Positions 21,671 through 31,982 of a stretch of 64,000 bases of DNA are shown in pieces. Location: positions 28,702 through 92,701 of the forward strand of contig CAVPRZ010000009.1 in the NCBI GenBank assembly GCA_963708065.1, in the 5' to 3' direction. Under the pieces are notes generated by a model. It saw nothing but the letters and a program-made list of their open reading frames with translations. It searched no databases and was not told the DNA's origin. Position numbers and translations under genes: made by a program. Each line of letters starts with the position of its first letter. The stretch's first letter is position 1. This DNA is from an uncultured Chloroflexia bacterium (GTDB lineage: Bacteria; Chloroflexota; Limnocylindria; Limnocylindrales; CSP1-4).

Positions 21671-21991
21671 GGCCCGATTATGGCCCGCCGTGACCCGTCA
21701 TTTCGTCGTCGGAAGATGAACGACCTGTGATTTGGGCAGATCCTGGCGCGCCGCCGCACCGTTCATCCAACCGAAAGGTTCGACGGCCGACACTCGGGCC
21801 ATGACATCGCGAGCCGACCGCAGCGCTGACTCCCGGCGCCGGTCGCCCGGGTTCTCCCACCCGGCGACCGGGCCGGCCGTGCTCTCCTCCACGCGGTCCG
21901 GTGGCGGCGGTTCGCGATGTCGACCACCCGCCCCGATAATCCGGCCCATGATCTGCCCAGATCGCCCCCGGAACCGCGCCGCGGCCTGACG

Positions 21992-22661
21992 ATGCGCGTG
22001 CTCGTGGCCGAGGACGACCCGGCGCTCCGCGACGTCCTCGTCCTCGGGCTCGAGGACCAGGGCTACAACGTCGATGCCGTCGAGCGCGGCGACGACGCGA
22101 TCGACCAGCTCAAGTGGTACGACTACGACGTCGCGATCGTCGACTGGCGGATGCCCGGCGCGCCGGGGATCGACGTGGTCGCCTGGGCGCGCAAGCACGA
22201 CAAGCCGACCGCGATCCTCATGCTCACCGCCCGCGACACCCACTCCGACCGGATCCAGGGGCTCGACGCGGGCGCCGACGACTACCTCGTCAAGCCGTTC
22301 GACTTCGGCGAGCTGCTCGCCCGGATCCGGGCCCTCCAGCGCCGCCCGCGCGGGGTCGACGCGCCGGTCATCACCCGGGGCCGGATCGCGCTCGACCCGG
22401 TGCGCCGCGCGGTCGCGGTCGGCGGCGAGCCGCTCAACCTGACCCCGACCGAGTACCAGATCCTCGAGCTGCTCATGCGTCGCTCGCCGGCGGTCGTCGA
22501 CCGCAAGGCGATCGCCGAGCACGCCTGGCAGGACGAGACCGACCCGCTCGGCTCGAACGCGATCGACGTCCAGCTGAGCCGGCTCCGGGCGAAGCTGCCG
22601 ACGCGCGGACGTCCGGATCGTGACCGTTCGCGGTGCCGGCTACCGGCTGGAGGAAGCGTGA
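21992..22661 (+). pseudogene. OmpR-family response regulator, frame break near 22600-22612
   Basis: MRVLVAEDDPALRD...DVAIVDWRMPG...DDYLVKPFDFGELLARI. The expected end VRIVTVRGAGYRLEEA-stop is in another frame and ends at TGA 22659-22661. Confidence 0.85.
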
Positions 22662-23894
22662 CCGGCGCGCCGCCCGTCGCCCCAGCTCCGCTCCGTCCGG
22701 ACCAGCTCGATCCGGGTCGCGCTGGCGACGACGGCGATCGTCGCGATCGCCTACCTGCTGATCTCGATCGCCGTCGTGGTGATCGTCACGAGCGGGCTGA
22801 CCCGCGAGATCGACCGGCGCCTCGCCGACTCGCTCGCCCACATCGGGAACGAGCCCCCGCCACCCGACCACGGGTACGACGCGCCACCGGGCGGCCCGAA
22901 GTTCGGGCCGCAGCTGCTCGTCTGGACGGTCCGTCCGGATGGCTCGGTCGCCTCGAACGCGACCGATGCGACGCTGCCCGCCGCGTTCCTGACGGCCGTC
23001 GGCCCGACGACGGTCACGATCGGCGACGAGAGCGTCCGGATCCAGGGCTCGCCGACCCAGTCCGGCTACGTCATCGTCGGCCAGACGACCGCCGCGGTCG
23101 ACCAGGCCAGGACCACGGTCATCCTGGCCGAGCTGATCATCGCCCCGATCCTGCTCATCGTCGTCTTCCTCGGCGCGGTCGCGATCGGGCGCCGGGTCGC
23201 CGCGCCGATCGAGCAGGCCCGGGTCCGCCAGCTCGAGTTCACCGCCGACGCGTCGCACGAGCTGCGGACGCCGCTGTCGGTCATCGAGGCGCACACGAGC
23301 CTGGCCCTGGCGCAGGAGCGCGACGCGGCCTACTACCGCACCGCCTTCGGCAAGATCGACGTCGAGAACAAGCGGATGCGCAAGCTGGTCGAGGACCTCC
23401 TCTGGCTGGCCCGGTTCGACGCCACGATCGACCCGCCGGACGCCCAGCCGGTCGACCTCGGCGTCCTCGCCACCGAGACCGTCGACCGCTTCCGGGTCGT
23501 CGCCGAGGCGCGCCGGCTCCGCCTCGACCTGCGGGTCGAGCCCGGCGATCACATCGTCCACGTCCCGCCGGAGTGGCTCGATCGGCTCCTCGGGGTCCTC
23601 CTCGACAACGCCTGCAAGTACGCCCCGGCCGAGAGCGCGGTGGTCGTCTCGGTCGCGACCGATGGCGGCCGGGTGAGGCTCACGGTCGACGACGCCGGGC
23701 CCGGAATCCCCGAGGAGGAGCGCGGCCGGATCTTCGACCGCTTCCACCGGGCGACCGACTCGACCGGCGGCGCCGGGCTCGGGCTGGCGATCGCCGACGC
23801 GATCGTCCGCACGACCGGCGGTCGCTGGCGGGTCGGCGCCTCGCCGGCCGGCGGCGCGAGCCTGTCGGTCGCCTGGAAGCGCGAGGCCGCGTAG
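22658..23894 (+). pseudogene. HisKA/HATPase sensor histidine kinase; 5' end needs a frame correction near 22668
   Basis: FTADASHELRTPLS (H-box), LDNACKYAP (N-box), DDAGPGIP, GGAGLGLAIA. TM1 (SIRVALATTAIVAIAYLLISIAVVVIV) is open upstream of the first in-frame start. The only start codon is the GTG at 22658 (GTGA overlap with the RR stop), in another frame. Confidence 0.8.
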
Positions 23895-24004
23895 CCCAAC
23901 CGAAGCGCGTAACCGATCCGACAGGCGGTCCGGCCGACAGTCGGTCCAGCAGGTCGATCCCAGCCGCGGATCGCGCAGCAGATGGACCACGAGGCAGCCC
24001 CCAG

Positions 24005-24505
24005 ATGACCGTCAGCCAACCTTCCCGGCTCGCGCGCCGCCTCGGCGACCGCCTGACCGAGCCGTCCGACACCGTCCGCCGGATCGCGACGTTCGCCGGG
24101 ATCGGCGTCGTCAGCACCGTGGCCTACGTCGTCCTCTACGCCCTCCTCCGGGGCGCCGTCCCGGCCCAGGTGGCGAACGCCGTCGCCCTGGCCGCCACCG
24201 CGGTCGGGAACACGACCGCGAACCGGCGGCTGACGTTCAGCGTCCACGGCCGATCGGGCTTCCTCGCCGACCAGGCGGCCGGTCTGGCCGCCTTCGCGAT
24301 CGCCCTGGCGATCACCTCCGGCTCGATCGGCCTGCTCCAGGCGCTCGTCCCGCGGGCCGGCCTCCGACTCGAGATCGCCGTGATCGTCGCGGCCAACGTC
24401 ATCGCGACCGTCGTCCGTTACCTCGTCCTGCAGTCCTGGATGGACCGTCGCCATCCACCGACCCGACAACGATCCCACGGCGTCCCGGAAGGAGCCCCCC
24501 AGTGA
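24005..24505 (+). CDS. GtrA-family membrane protein
   Basis: RRIATFAGIGVVSTVAYVVLYALL...NTTANRRLTF...VRYLVLQSW; four TM segments. Confidence 0.8.
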   Translation: MTVSQPSRLARRLGDRLTEPSDTVRRIATFAGIGVVSTVAYVVLYALLRGAVPAQVANAVALAATAVGNTTANRRLTFSVHGRSGFLADQAAGLAAFAIALAITSGSIGLLQALVPRAGLRLEIAVIVAANVIATVVRYLVLQSWMDRRHPPTRQRSHGVPEGAPQ

Positions 24506-26488
24506 CCACCGTCGTCAGCCCCCGGCTCGGCCTGCCCGAGACCGGCGAGGACGCCCGGAACCCGCTCGCGCGAGCGATCCTCGGCCCGCTCGACCAGGCC
24601 GCCTGGGTCCGGCCCGCGTTCCTCGGGGTGACCCTCCTCGCGGCCGTCGTCTACCTCTGGGGCCTCACCGTCAGCGGCTACGCCAACACGTACTACTCGG
24701 CTGCGGCGCTGGCCGCGTCCCAGAGCTGGAGCGCCTGGTTCTTTGGCTCGTTCGACGCCGCCAACTTCATCACCGTCGACAAGCCGCCGCTCGGCACGAT
24801 GATCATGGGCCTCTCGGTGCGCCTGTTCGGGCTGAGCTCGTGGAGCATCCTCCTGCCCCAGGCGCTGGCCGGCGTCGCGACCGTCGCGCTCCTGTTCTGG
24901 ACCGTCCGCCGCCAGTTCGGCCCGGTCGCGGCGACGATCGCCGGGGTCGTCATGGCGCTCACCCCGGTCGCCGTCCTGATCTTCCGCTACAACAACCCGG
25001 ACGCGATCCTGACCCTGCTCCTGGTGGCCGGCGCCGCCGCCCTCGTCCGCGCGCTCGAGACCGGCCGGCTGCGCTGGGTGATCCTGGCCGCGGCGTTCGT
25101 CGGCCTCGGCTTCGACGCCAAGTACCTGCAGGCCTATCTCGTGCTCCCGGCGTTCGCGCTGACCTATGCGCTCGCGGCGCCCGGCGGCGTGCGACGCCGG
25201 ATCGCCGGCCTCGTCGTGGCCGCGCTCACCGTCCTCGTGACTTCGCTCTGGTGGGTCGTCATCGTCGAGCTCATCCCGACCGACCTCCGCCCGTACATCG
25301 GCGGGAGCACGACCGACTCGGCCGTCCAGCTCCTCCTCGGCTACGACGGCCTCGGGCGGATCTTCGGGTCGGGGGCCGGCCCGGGCGGTGGCGGGGCGAG
25401 CTTCTCCGGCGCCGTCGGGATCCTGCGCCTGTTCAACGCCGAGTTCGGCGGGCAGATCGCCTGGTTCGTGCCGTTCGCGCTGATTGCCCTCGCCAGCGGG
25501 CTGTGGATCCGCCGCCGGAGCCGGCGGACCGACGCCGGCCTCGCCGGCTACCTGCTGTGGGGCGGCTGGTTCGCCACTCACGCGATCGTGTTCAGCTTCA
25601 TGTCGGGCATCGTCCACACCTACTACGCGGTGGCGCTGGCACCGGCGGTCGCCGCGCTCGTCGGCGCCGGGGCGGTCGACCTGTGGCGGCTCCGCGAGCG
25701 AAGCCGCTTCGGCGGGCTGCTCCTTGCCGGGGCCGTGGTCATCACCGCCTGGCTCGCCTACGAGCTGCTCGACCGAACGCCCGACTTCCTGCCCGGGCTC
25801 GGGATCGGCCTGCTCGTCGTCGGGATCAGCGCCGCGGTCGTCCTCGCACTCCCGATGGCGGCCGCCGGCCGGCGGCCCTCGCTCGCCGCAGGCTGCGCTC
25901 GCAGCGGTCGTCCTGCTGGCCGCTCCCGCGGCCTACGCCGCCGACACGATCGCGTCGGCGCTCGGTGGCGGCGACCCGTCGGCTGGTCCGGCGGTCGCCG
26001 GCGGGCAGGGCGGCCCCGGGTTCGCCGGTGGCGCGGGCTTCACCCCGCCCGGCAACGGCCAGGTCGGCACCGGACCGGGCGCCGACGGCCCGGGTGCGTT
26101 CGGCGGCGGGTTCGGGGGCGGCGGGTCGGTCGACCAGGCCGCGATCGACTACCTCGTCGCCAATCGCGGCGAGGCGACCTGGATCGTCGCCACCCCCGGC
26201 TCGGGCAGCGCCGGCTCGATCGAGCTCGCGACCGGCCAGCCGGTCATGGCCATGGGTGGCTTCACGGGCTCGGACCCCACCCCGACGCTCGCCGAGCTCC
26301 AGGCCTACATCGCGTCCGGCCAGCTCCGGTTCGTCATCCTGAGCGGAGGCGGCAGTGGCGGGCCGGGTGGTGACGGCTCAGGCGTGGCGACCGAGCGGGA
26401 CGCCTGGGTCCAGTCGAGCTGCACCGTCGTCGACCTCGGTTCGAGCTCGAGCGCGACGATCTACGACTGCCAGGGCGCGGTCCACTGA
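24502..26488 (+). pseudogene. glycosyltransferase family 39 (ArnT/PMT-like), frame break near 25875-25890
   Basis: ANTYYSAAALAASQSWSAWFFGSFDAANFITVDKPPLG is typical of actinobacterial GT39. The C-terminal periplasmic part (AAYAADTIASA...GFTGSDPTPTLAELQAYIASGQLRFVIL) continues in the frame of ORF 25484..26488. Confidence 0.85.
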
Positions 26489-26595
26489 GCGCGGCCCTGG
26501 CCGGAGCCCCGGGCCTGGCAAACGCGGCCCCGATCAGGGCCGGGAGCGGATGGTCATCCGGCTCCCGGACCCCGATGGGGAGACCGCGAAGAGAC

Positions 26596-27507
26596 TCAGC
26601 CCGGGTTGGTCGTGGCGCCCGGCGACGCGTTCGGCTTGGCGTTCGGGCCGAACTTCCAGCCCGGACCGGGGCCGCGGAACATCCCGCCGACGCCCGCGTG
26701 GACCGACGTCGCATCGAGCGAGCCATCGGAGCGCTGGGTGCCGCTGGCGACGATCCACGAGCCGACGGTCACGTCGGACAGGGCCGCGTCGGTCTTGCCG
26801 GCCACCGTGTAGGCGGTGCTGCCGCTGACGTGGACGGTCGATGTCGTGCCGCCCGGAAGGGTGATCGTGATCGTGTCGCTCGTCTTGGCCGTGACCTGTC
26901 CGGCGACGGTGGGCAGGATCACGTCGATCGAGGTGACGGTGTAGGTCCCGTCGCTGGCCCGATCCTGGCCGAGCCGGACGGTGTCGCCGACCTTGATGTC
27001 ACTCACCGTGGCCGGGGCGCCGCCGCGGGTGACCTTCGTCGAGTCGCCGACCGTGATCGTGCGGGTCCAGCCGTCGGCCGTCTTGAGCGAGACGTTGGAG
27101 CCGTTGACCGCAGTGACCGTGATCGGGCCGACGGCCGAGCCGCCGCCGCGACCGCCGAACGGCCCTCCGCCAAAGCCAAACCCGAAGCGGAACCCGCCGA
27201 TGGAGGGCAGCTTCTTCGTCCCGTCGCTCGGCTGCTGGGTCGAGGTGTTCGGCGTCGGCGCGGTGGTTGCGGCGGGGGCGTTCGGCGAGGCGTCGGTCGG
27301 TGACGGCGACCCGGTGGTCGGCGTCGGGGCGGTTCCTGCCGATGCGTCGGGCGAGGCGCCGGACGGCGACGGGGACGGCGACGCGGCGAACGCCACGGCG
27401 ACGCTGCAGACGGCGACGAGGACGGCCCCGGCGATCAGGCCGATCCGGACGCGGTCGGACCGACGGATCGTCTCGCTGAACCGGACTTCGGGCTCGGATG
27501 GGTCCAT
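26596..27507 (-). CDS. secreted DUF5666-like repeat protein
   Basis: N-terminal TM/signal, Pro/Ser/Thr linker, then three similar beta-units (ITVTAVNGSNVSLKTADGWTRTITV.., TVTSIDVILPTVAGQVTA.., VSGSTAYTVAGK...). Confidence 0.7.
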   Translation of the reverse strand: MDPSEPEVRFSETIRRSDRVRIGLIAGAVLVAVCSVAVAFAASPSPSPSGASPDASAGTAPTPTTGSPSPTDASPNAPAATTAPTPNTSTQQPSDGTKKLPSIGGFRFGFGFGGGPFGGRGGGSAVGPITVTAVNGSNVSLKTADGWTRTITVGDSTKVTRGGAPATVSDIKVGDTVRLGQDRASDGTYTVTSIDVILPTVAGQVTAKTSDTITITLPGGTTSTVHVSGSTAYTVAGKTDAALSDVTVGSWIVASGTQRSDGSLDATSVHAGVGGMFRGPGPGWKFGPNAKPNASPGATTNPG

Positions 27508-27681
27508 GGAGTCCTCCGTGAGACTTGGGCACGCAAGGGGAGGCGGGGCGGATGCGGTGCCCCACCGTCCAAGCGTGCCGCCCGATCCTTCGAAGGTCCT
27601 GAGAAGGTCCGTAACCCGCCCGACAGGCGAGCCAGCGCAGAGTCGCCTGAAGCCCGACTATTACGCCACGGAGGCGACCCG

Positions 27682-28491
27682 ATGGACCAGCGACCAAACC
27701 ACGCCACCGCCCGGATCATGCTCGCCGCCGGAGTCCTGTCGGCGTTCATCGCCTCCATCTCGACCGTTGCACTGGTGGCCCTTGCCCCGACGGGTGCTGG
27801 GGGCGACACCGGAGCGGCCGCCGCGCCGGCCGCGACGAGCACGTCGACCGGAGGGACCGGCTCGCTGACCAGCTCGGGCGTCGTGCTCGACGACCCGGCG
27901 ATCGTCGCGGCGGCCGACCCGTCGGTGGTCACGATCGCAACCGACGCGGGGCGGTCGAGCGGGGTCGGCTCCGGGATCGTTCTCACCTCGGACGGGCTCA
28001 TCCTGACCAACGACCACGTGATCGCCGGCGGCGGCGCGCTGAGCGTCGCGCTGTCGGACGGACGGACGCTCGACGCGACCGTCGTGTCGGAGGACGCCGC
28101 GAACGACCTCGCCATCATCCGCGTGGCGGCGACCGGCCTCACCCCGGCCAGGCTCGGCGACTCGACGAAGGTCCAGGTCGGCGAGAGCGTCCTGGCGATC
28201 GGCAGCCCGCTCGGGACCTACACCGAGTCGGTGACGAAGGGGATCGTGTCCGGGCTCGACCGCGAGATCACCGTCCGGAGCGAGACCACCGGCCGCCCGA
28301 TCCACCTGACGGGCCTGATCCAGACCGACGCCGCGATCAACCCCGGCAACAGCGGCGGCCCGCTCATCGACGAGACCGGCGCGGTCATCGGGATCACCAC
28401 CGCCACCTCGGCGAACGCCGAGGGCCTCGGCTTCGCGATCCCGATCGAGACCGCGAAGGCGCTCATCGCCGCCGCCGAGGGCAGCGCCTGA
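27682..28491 (+). CDS. trypsin-like serine protease (S1C/HtrA-like, no PDZ)
   Basis: TNDHVI (His), NDLAIIRV (Asp), GNSGGPLID (Ser); N-terminal TM anchor. Confidence 0.85.
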   Translation: MDQRPNHATARIMLAAGVLSAFIASISTVALVALAPTGAGGDTGAAAAPAATSTSTGGTGSLTSSGVVLDDPAIVAAADPSVVTIATDAGRSSGVGSGIVLTSDGLILTNDHVIAGGGALSVALSDGRTLDATVVSEDAANDLAIIRVAATGLTPARLGDSTKVQVGESVLAIGSPLGTYTESVTKGIVSGLDREITVRSETTGRPIHLTGLIQTDAAINPGNSGGPLIDETGAVIGITTATSANAEGLGFAIPIETAKALIAAAEGSA

Positions 28492-28586
28492 TCCGCATCC
28501 CCCAGCGCCCTCGTCCATGAGCACCTGCGATCGGGCACCCCGGGTCGTGGAGCCTGCCCACGGTCCCAAGTCGCCTAGGACACGCT

Positions 28587-28785
28587 GGATATCAGCACCA
28601 TTGCTATCGGGCGCACTTCCCGACCCGCGTTCCTCCCGCCGCTGAATGAGACAGACGTCTGTGCCGCCTGATATGAGCGTCACTGCGTAGCGAGGGTGGA
28701 TAACCGGCGGATCTCGGGGCGGCCGAAGGGTTCCTGCTCGCCAGGCTGCCGCCACAGCGGTCTGCTAAGAATGGTGCTGATATCC
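28587..28785. other. 199-nt element closed by a perfect 16-nt inverted repeat (candidate structured RNA or MITE-like element)
   Basis: GGATATCAGCACCATT at 28587-28602 and its exact complement AATGGTGCTGATATCC at 28770-28785. Internal palindrome ACAGACGTCTGT. No credible ORF. Lies between the protease gene and msrA. Confidence 0.5.
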
Positions 28786-28888
28786 GGGGCCAGCACAGAC
28801 AGCGTTCGGAGTCGCGTCTGTCGCCTCGGTGGCGGACGCCGGACGAGGCGCGGTGGACAGGACGTCGGCCGTGATTACCATCAAGTGC

Positions 28889-29575
28889 ATGCGTTTCCTG
28901 TTCAAGGCTCCGGCCATGCCAACGCCGACCGAGGCTCTGCCCGGCCGGCCCGACCCCATCGACATCCCCGAGCGGCACTACGTCAACGACGCCCGCCTCG
29001 CCCCGCCGTGGCCGGACGGGACGCGGACCGCGGTCTTCGGTTTCGGCTGCTTCTGGGGCGCCGAGAAGACGTTCTGGCAGACACCCGGGGTGATCTCGAC
29101 GGCCGTCGGCTACGCCGGCGGGTCGACGCCCAACCCGACCTACGGCGAGGTGTGCAGCGGGAAGACCGGCCACGCCGAGGTCGTGCTCGTCGCCTACGAC
29201 CCGGCGAGGGTCTCGTACGAGGAGCTCCTCCGGGTCTTCTGGGAGGACCACGACCCGACCCAGGGCATGCGCCAGGGCAACGACGTCGGGACCCAGTACC
29301 GCTCGGTCATCCTCGTCGGGAACGAAGCCGAGCGACGGATCGCCGAGGCCTCACGGGCCGCCTACGCGGAGCGCCTCAAGGCCGCCGGCTTCGGCGACGA
29401 TCACGACCGAGATCGTCGACGCCGCGCTCGACGCCGTTCTACTACGCCGAGGACTACCACCAGCAGTACCTGGCGAAGAACCCGAGGCCCGGCTTATTGT
29501 CCTGACCACGCGACCGGCGTGAAGTTGCCGGACGACTTCGCCATTCCGGTCACGCCGTTGCAGTACGTCGACTGA
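28889..29575 (+). pseudogene. msrA: peptide-methionine (S)-S-oxide reductase MsrA; three frame breaks in the last 200 nt (net zero)
   Basis: [14 protein letters not shown] active site, [36 protein letters not shown]. The segments [25 protein letters not shown] and [12 protein letters not shown] lie in three successive frames. Confidence 0.85.
29479..29575 (+). repeat. R0: msrA 3' end in place (..[34 protein letters not shown])
   Basis: Read directly. It has two extra codons relative to the other copies. Confidence 0.9.
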
Positions 29576-29697
29576 GCCCGACGCTTCGACGTCACGTCCT
29601 GATAGGAACCGACTCCGACGCAGGGGCCGCTGACATCACGGACTCACCGGGTGATGCCCTTGCGACCTCGGGTGCCTCAGGGCACTATCCCGTTGAG

Positions 29698-29982
29698 ATG
29701 GGACCGTTACGAAGCAGATGGGCGCGGGGGGCCGTGCTCTGGACGCTCGCCCTGTTGGTCGTCGCAATCGGGCTTGCCATCTTTGCGTCCGCGAGTCTCG
29801 TTGACGCTCAGCAGAGGTGCTTCGTCGAATTCCCGTCCGTCGCCTGCCCTGACGGACAGGATTGGCGGGTGGGGCTCCTGACCTTCGCGTTCCTCGGCGT
29901 TCCCCTCGTCTGGGTCGTCGGACTGGTCGTGGCCATCGCCGGTCGCGCTGCCTCGAAGCGGCGGCCGGAGCGCCGCCGGTAG
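29698..29982 (+). CDS. cassette 1 cargo: small two-TM membrane protein (94 aa)
   Basis: AVLWTLALLVVAIGLAIFA and LLTFAFLGVPLVWVVGLVVAIAG flank a Cys-containing loop. The basic tail ends 31 nt before R1. Confidence 0.5.
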   Translation: MGPLRSRWARGAVLWTLALLVVAIGLAIFASASLVDAQQRCFVEFPSVACPDGQDWRVGLLTFAFLGVPLVWVVGLVVAIAGRAASKRRPERRR

Positions 29983-30013
29983 TCTCGGGCAGTACGCTGA
30001 CTCGTATCTTCGA

Positions 30014-30109
30014 GAGAACCGAGGCCCGGGAGCGTATTGCCCGGACCACTCGACCGGCGTGAAGCTGCCGGATGACTTCGTGGTCACCCCACTGCAGTAC
30101 GTCGACTGA
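30014..30109 (+). repeat. R1: msrA 3'-end copy ([34 protein letters not shown])
   Basis: Direct alignment to R0; differences are mostly at third codon positions. Confidence 0.9.
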
Positions 30110-30225
30110 CTACGGGCCCGAGCTAGAATTCGCGTGCGCTCCTGCAGAAGCGGAAGCCGACGTGCGGCCACATGGGCTTCATGCCCACCACCGCCGGGTT
30201 CGGCCGGACCGCGAGGTCACGACGG

Positions 30226-30900
30226 TTACTGGCGCCGGAGCACGATGGCTACGCGGGTCCCCGACATGACACATCGCGCAGGTAGCTCCGGCGCAACCGG
30301 GCAGGCGTGGGCATTGCCACCAGGGTGCGTCGCGAGGAAACGAGTCAGCGACCGCGGGCTGGTCATGGCCGTCGGCCTCTGCTCATTCTCGCTGGGCGGC
30401 TGCACGCGGTCCGAGCGCACGTAGTTGAGGAACACGTGGTCCCGGAGCTTCCGGGCAAGGAGCGCGTTCTCATCGTCTCCGATGGCCGCGAACACGGTCT
30501 CCAAGATGTAGGCGTACATCGAGGTCGCGATGGCCTCGATGTCCTCGGGATGCCACGGGCTCTTGTCGCCTACCCACTCCCACTCGCTCGGGCCGATCTC
30601 ATCGGCGGTCGCCTTGAAGCTCGACGCATCTGTGTGCTCCCACGGGCTGAAGGTCTTGTAGGCGTACACGTAGGCGTCGTTCATCACGATCTTGTGGCCG
30701 GGGTACTTGGTGATGACCTCGTTCGCCATACGTCGGAGGTTCGGGAGGATGCGGTCCTTGCCGTAGTTCTTCCCCAGCTCCTTCAGCTTCGCGAACGCGG
30801 CGTCACGGGTGGCCTCCTTGATGGGGGTCGGGTCCTTGGGGTCAACCGGGATGGACGAGCCACGGTCCTTCGCGTGTTCGCGGATGTCGACACCCGGCAG
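30226..30900 (-). pseudogene. cassette 2 cargo: 5'-truncated gene of unknown function
   Basis: The frame is open, with coding-like third positions, from 30945 downward. There is no ATG/GTG/TTG before the internal Met at 30729. The coding-like sequence starts abruptly at the edge of repeat A1. Confidence 0.45.
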
Positions 30901-30903
30901 CCG

Positions 30904-31026
30904 CGGAGACCGTCCCGTCGGTCGCCTTCCGATGGGTCTGCTGATTTAGACTCCCGGCGGGCTACTCTCCTGACCGCCGGATGGGCAGGGCTCCGCCGTC
31001 CGTTCGCATGGTCGTCACGAGCAGCA
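30904..31026 (+). repeat. A1: about 120-nt imperfect direct repeat, copy 1
   Basis: Shares with A2 CGGAGACCGTCCC, CTCCCGGCGGGCTACT and a 34-nt identical block CCGCCGGATGGGCAGGGCTCCGCCGTCCGTTCGC. Contains the small dyad CCGGCGG..CCGCCGG. Confidence 0.8.
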
Positions 31027-31126
31027 GCCTCATCACGCGACTCGCGTGCCGTACGTTGAGCACTCTGACGGCCAATCGTCGCCGCCGGATGCGCAGGATG
31101 GACGCCTCCCCGGACCCCGGTCAGCC

Positions 31127-31244
31127 CGGAGACCGTCCCATCGCCTCCGCCTTCCGATTCGGTGCAATTCAACTCCCGGCGGGCTACTTCCCGCCGCCGG
31201 ATGGGCAGGGCTCCGCCGTCCGTTCGCTGGTCGTACGACGCAGC
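31127..31244 (+). repeat. A2: about 120-nt imperfect direct repeat, copy 2 (offset 220-224 nt from A1)
   Basis: As for A1. Confidence 0.8.
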
Positions 31245-31601
31245 GTGCCGGCTCGCGAAGTCGGCTGAGTCGAGGTAACGCCGGACGGTCATTTCGATGG
31301 CCTCGACTGGTTCGTCCGCATTGCGTCTCAGGTCTTCGTAGTACTCAAACCCCTCAGGCGTTACATCGAAGAGTCGGTCACCGCTTCGGTTGTAGTGGAG
31401 ATTGACGAGGCCGTAGCGCGCGAGCATGTCCACGTCTGAGGCGAGGATGCGTGGCTGAACGGAGCTGTGGGGGTGCATCAGGAAGTCGCCCGCGCTTGTC
31501 TCAACCACGAGGAAGCTGTCGCGCTCCTCTCTCGGCAGGCCGCGTATCGCCTCAACGGCGGTGACGAGGAGGCCCTCCTGCGCTTGTTCGAGTCGAGCCA
31601 T
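31245..31601 (-). CDS. cassette 2 cargo: hypothetical protein (3' end uncertain)
   Basis: ATG at 31601 (MARLEQAQEGLLVTAVEAIRGLPREERDSFLVVETSAGDF...). The ORF stays open through A2 and A1 down to 30783, but beyond about 31245 it becomes low-complexity, so the real stop is unclear. Confidence 0.4.
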
Positions 31602-31708
31602 TAGGAAAGAATAGGGGTGAGCCCGGTCACAAAGAACGCGACGACGTCTGTCGGGTAGCGGTTGGTCTTGCCGAGGTCGTTGTGAACGAGCAATACCCTG
31701 ACCTGTCT

Positions 31709-31796
31709 GAGAATCCCGGGCTACTGCCCGAACCACGCGACCGGCGTGAAGTTGCCGGACGACTTCGTGGTCACACCTTTGCAGTACGTGGACTAA
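31709..31796 (+). repeat. R2: msrA 3'-end copy (..[29 protein letters not shown])
   Basis: Direct alignment; TAA stop. Confidence 0.9.
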
Positions 31797-31982
31797 GCGT
31801 CCCTACTTGATCAGCGCTGGATCTCGCGAGGCTCCTCGAAGAGTTCCGTCGACGTCGGCCCTTCCGAACTTACGAGCGCACCGATGAGTCAGACGGCAAG
31901 TCACCAGCCGCCGAGACTACCGGATCAGGGTGCGCGTCCGCGGCCGGCGAGGGAGACGAGGTCGCCTACCCGTCATCGAGGA

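Noticed and set aside
21917-24505. 862-aa ORF suggesting one giant protein
   Set aside because: It is a chimera: a genuine response regulator at the start and a genuine GtrA protein at the end. They are joined by an out-of-frame read through the histidine kinase gene.
28587-28785. Retron msr/msd or IS110-type bridge RNA explanation for the inverted-repeat element
   Set aside because: The a1/a2-like terminal repeats and the size fit superficially. However, no reverse transcriptase or IS110/IS1111 recombinase gene is adjacent or anywhere in the window.
29500-29560. attC-like conserved hairpin inside the msrA-end repeats (CCACG..CCGGC..GCCGG..CGTGG)
   Set aside because: The nested dyad is intact only in R0 and R2. 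It is broken without compensatory changes in R1, R3, R4 and R5. Conservation follows codons rather than base pairs.
30981-31268. 95-aa plus-strand ORF spanning A1-A2, and the 250-aa ORF at 30307-31059
   Set aside because: Arg-rich with no start context. They lie within the non-triplet tandem repeat or antisense to a better coding frame.
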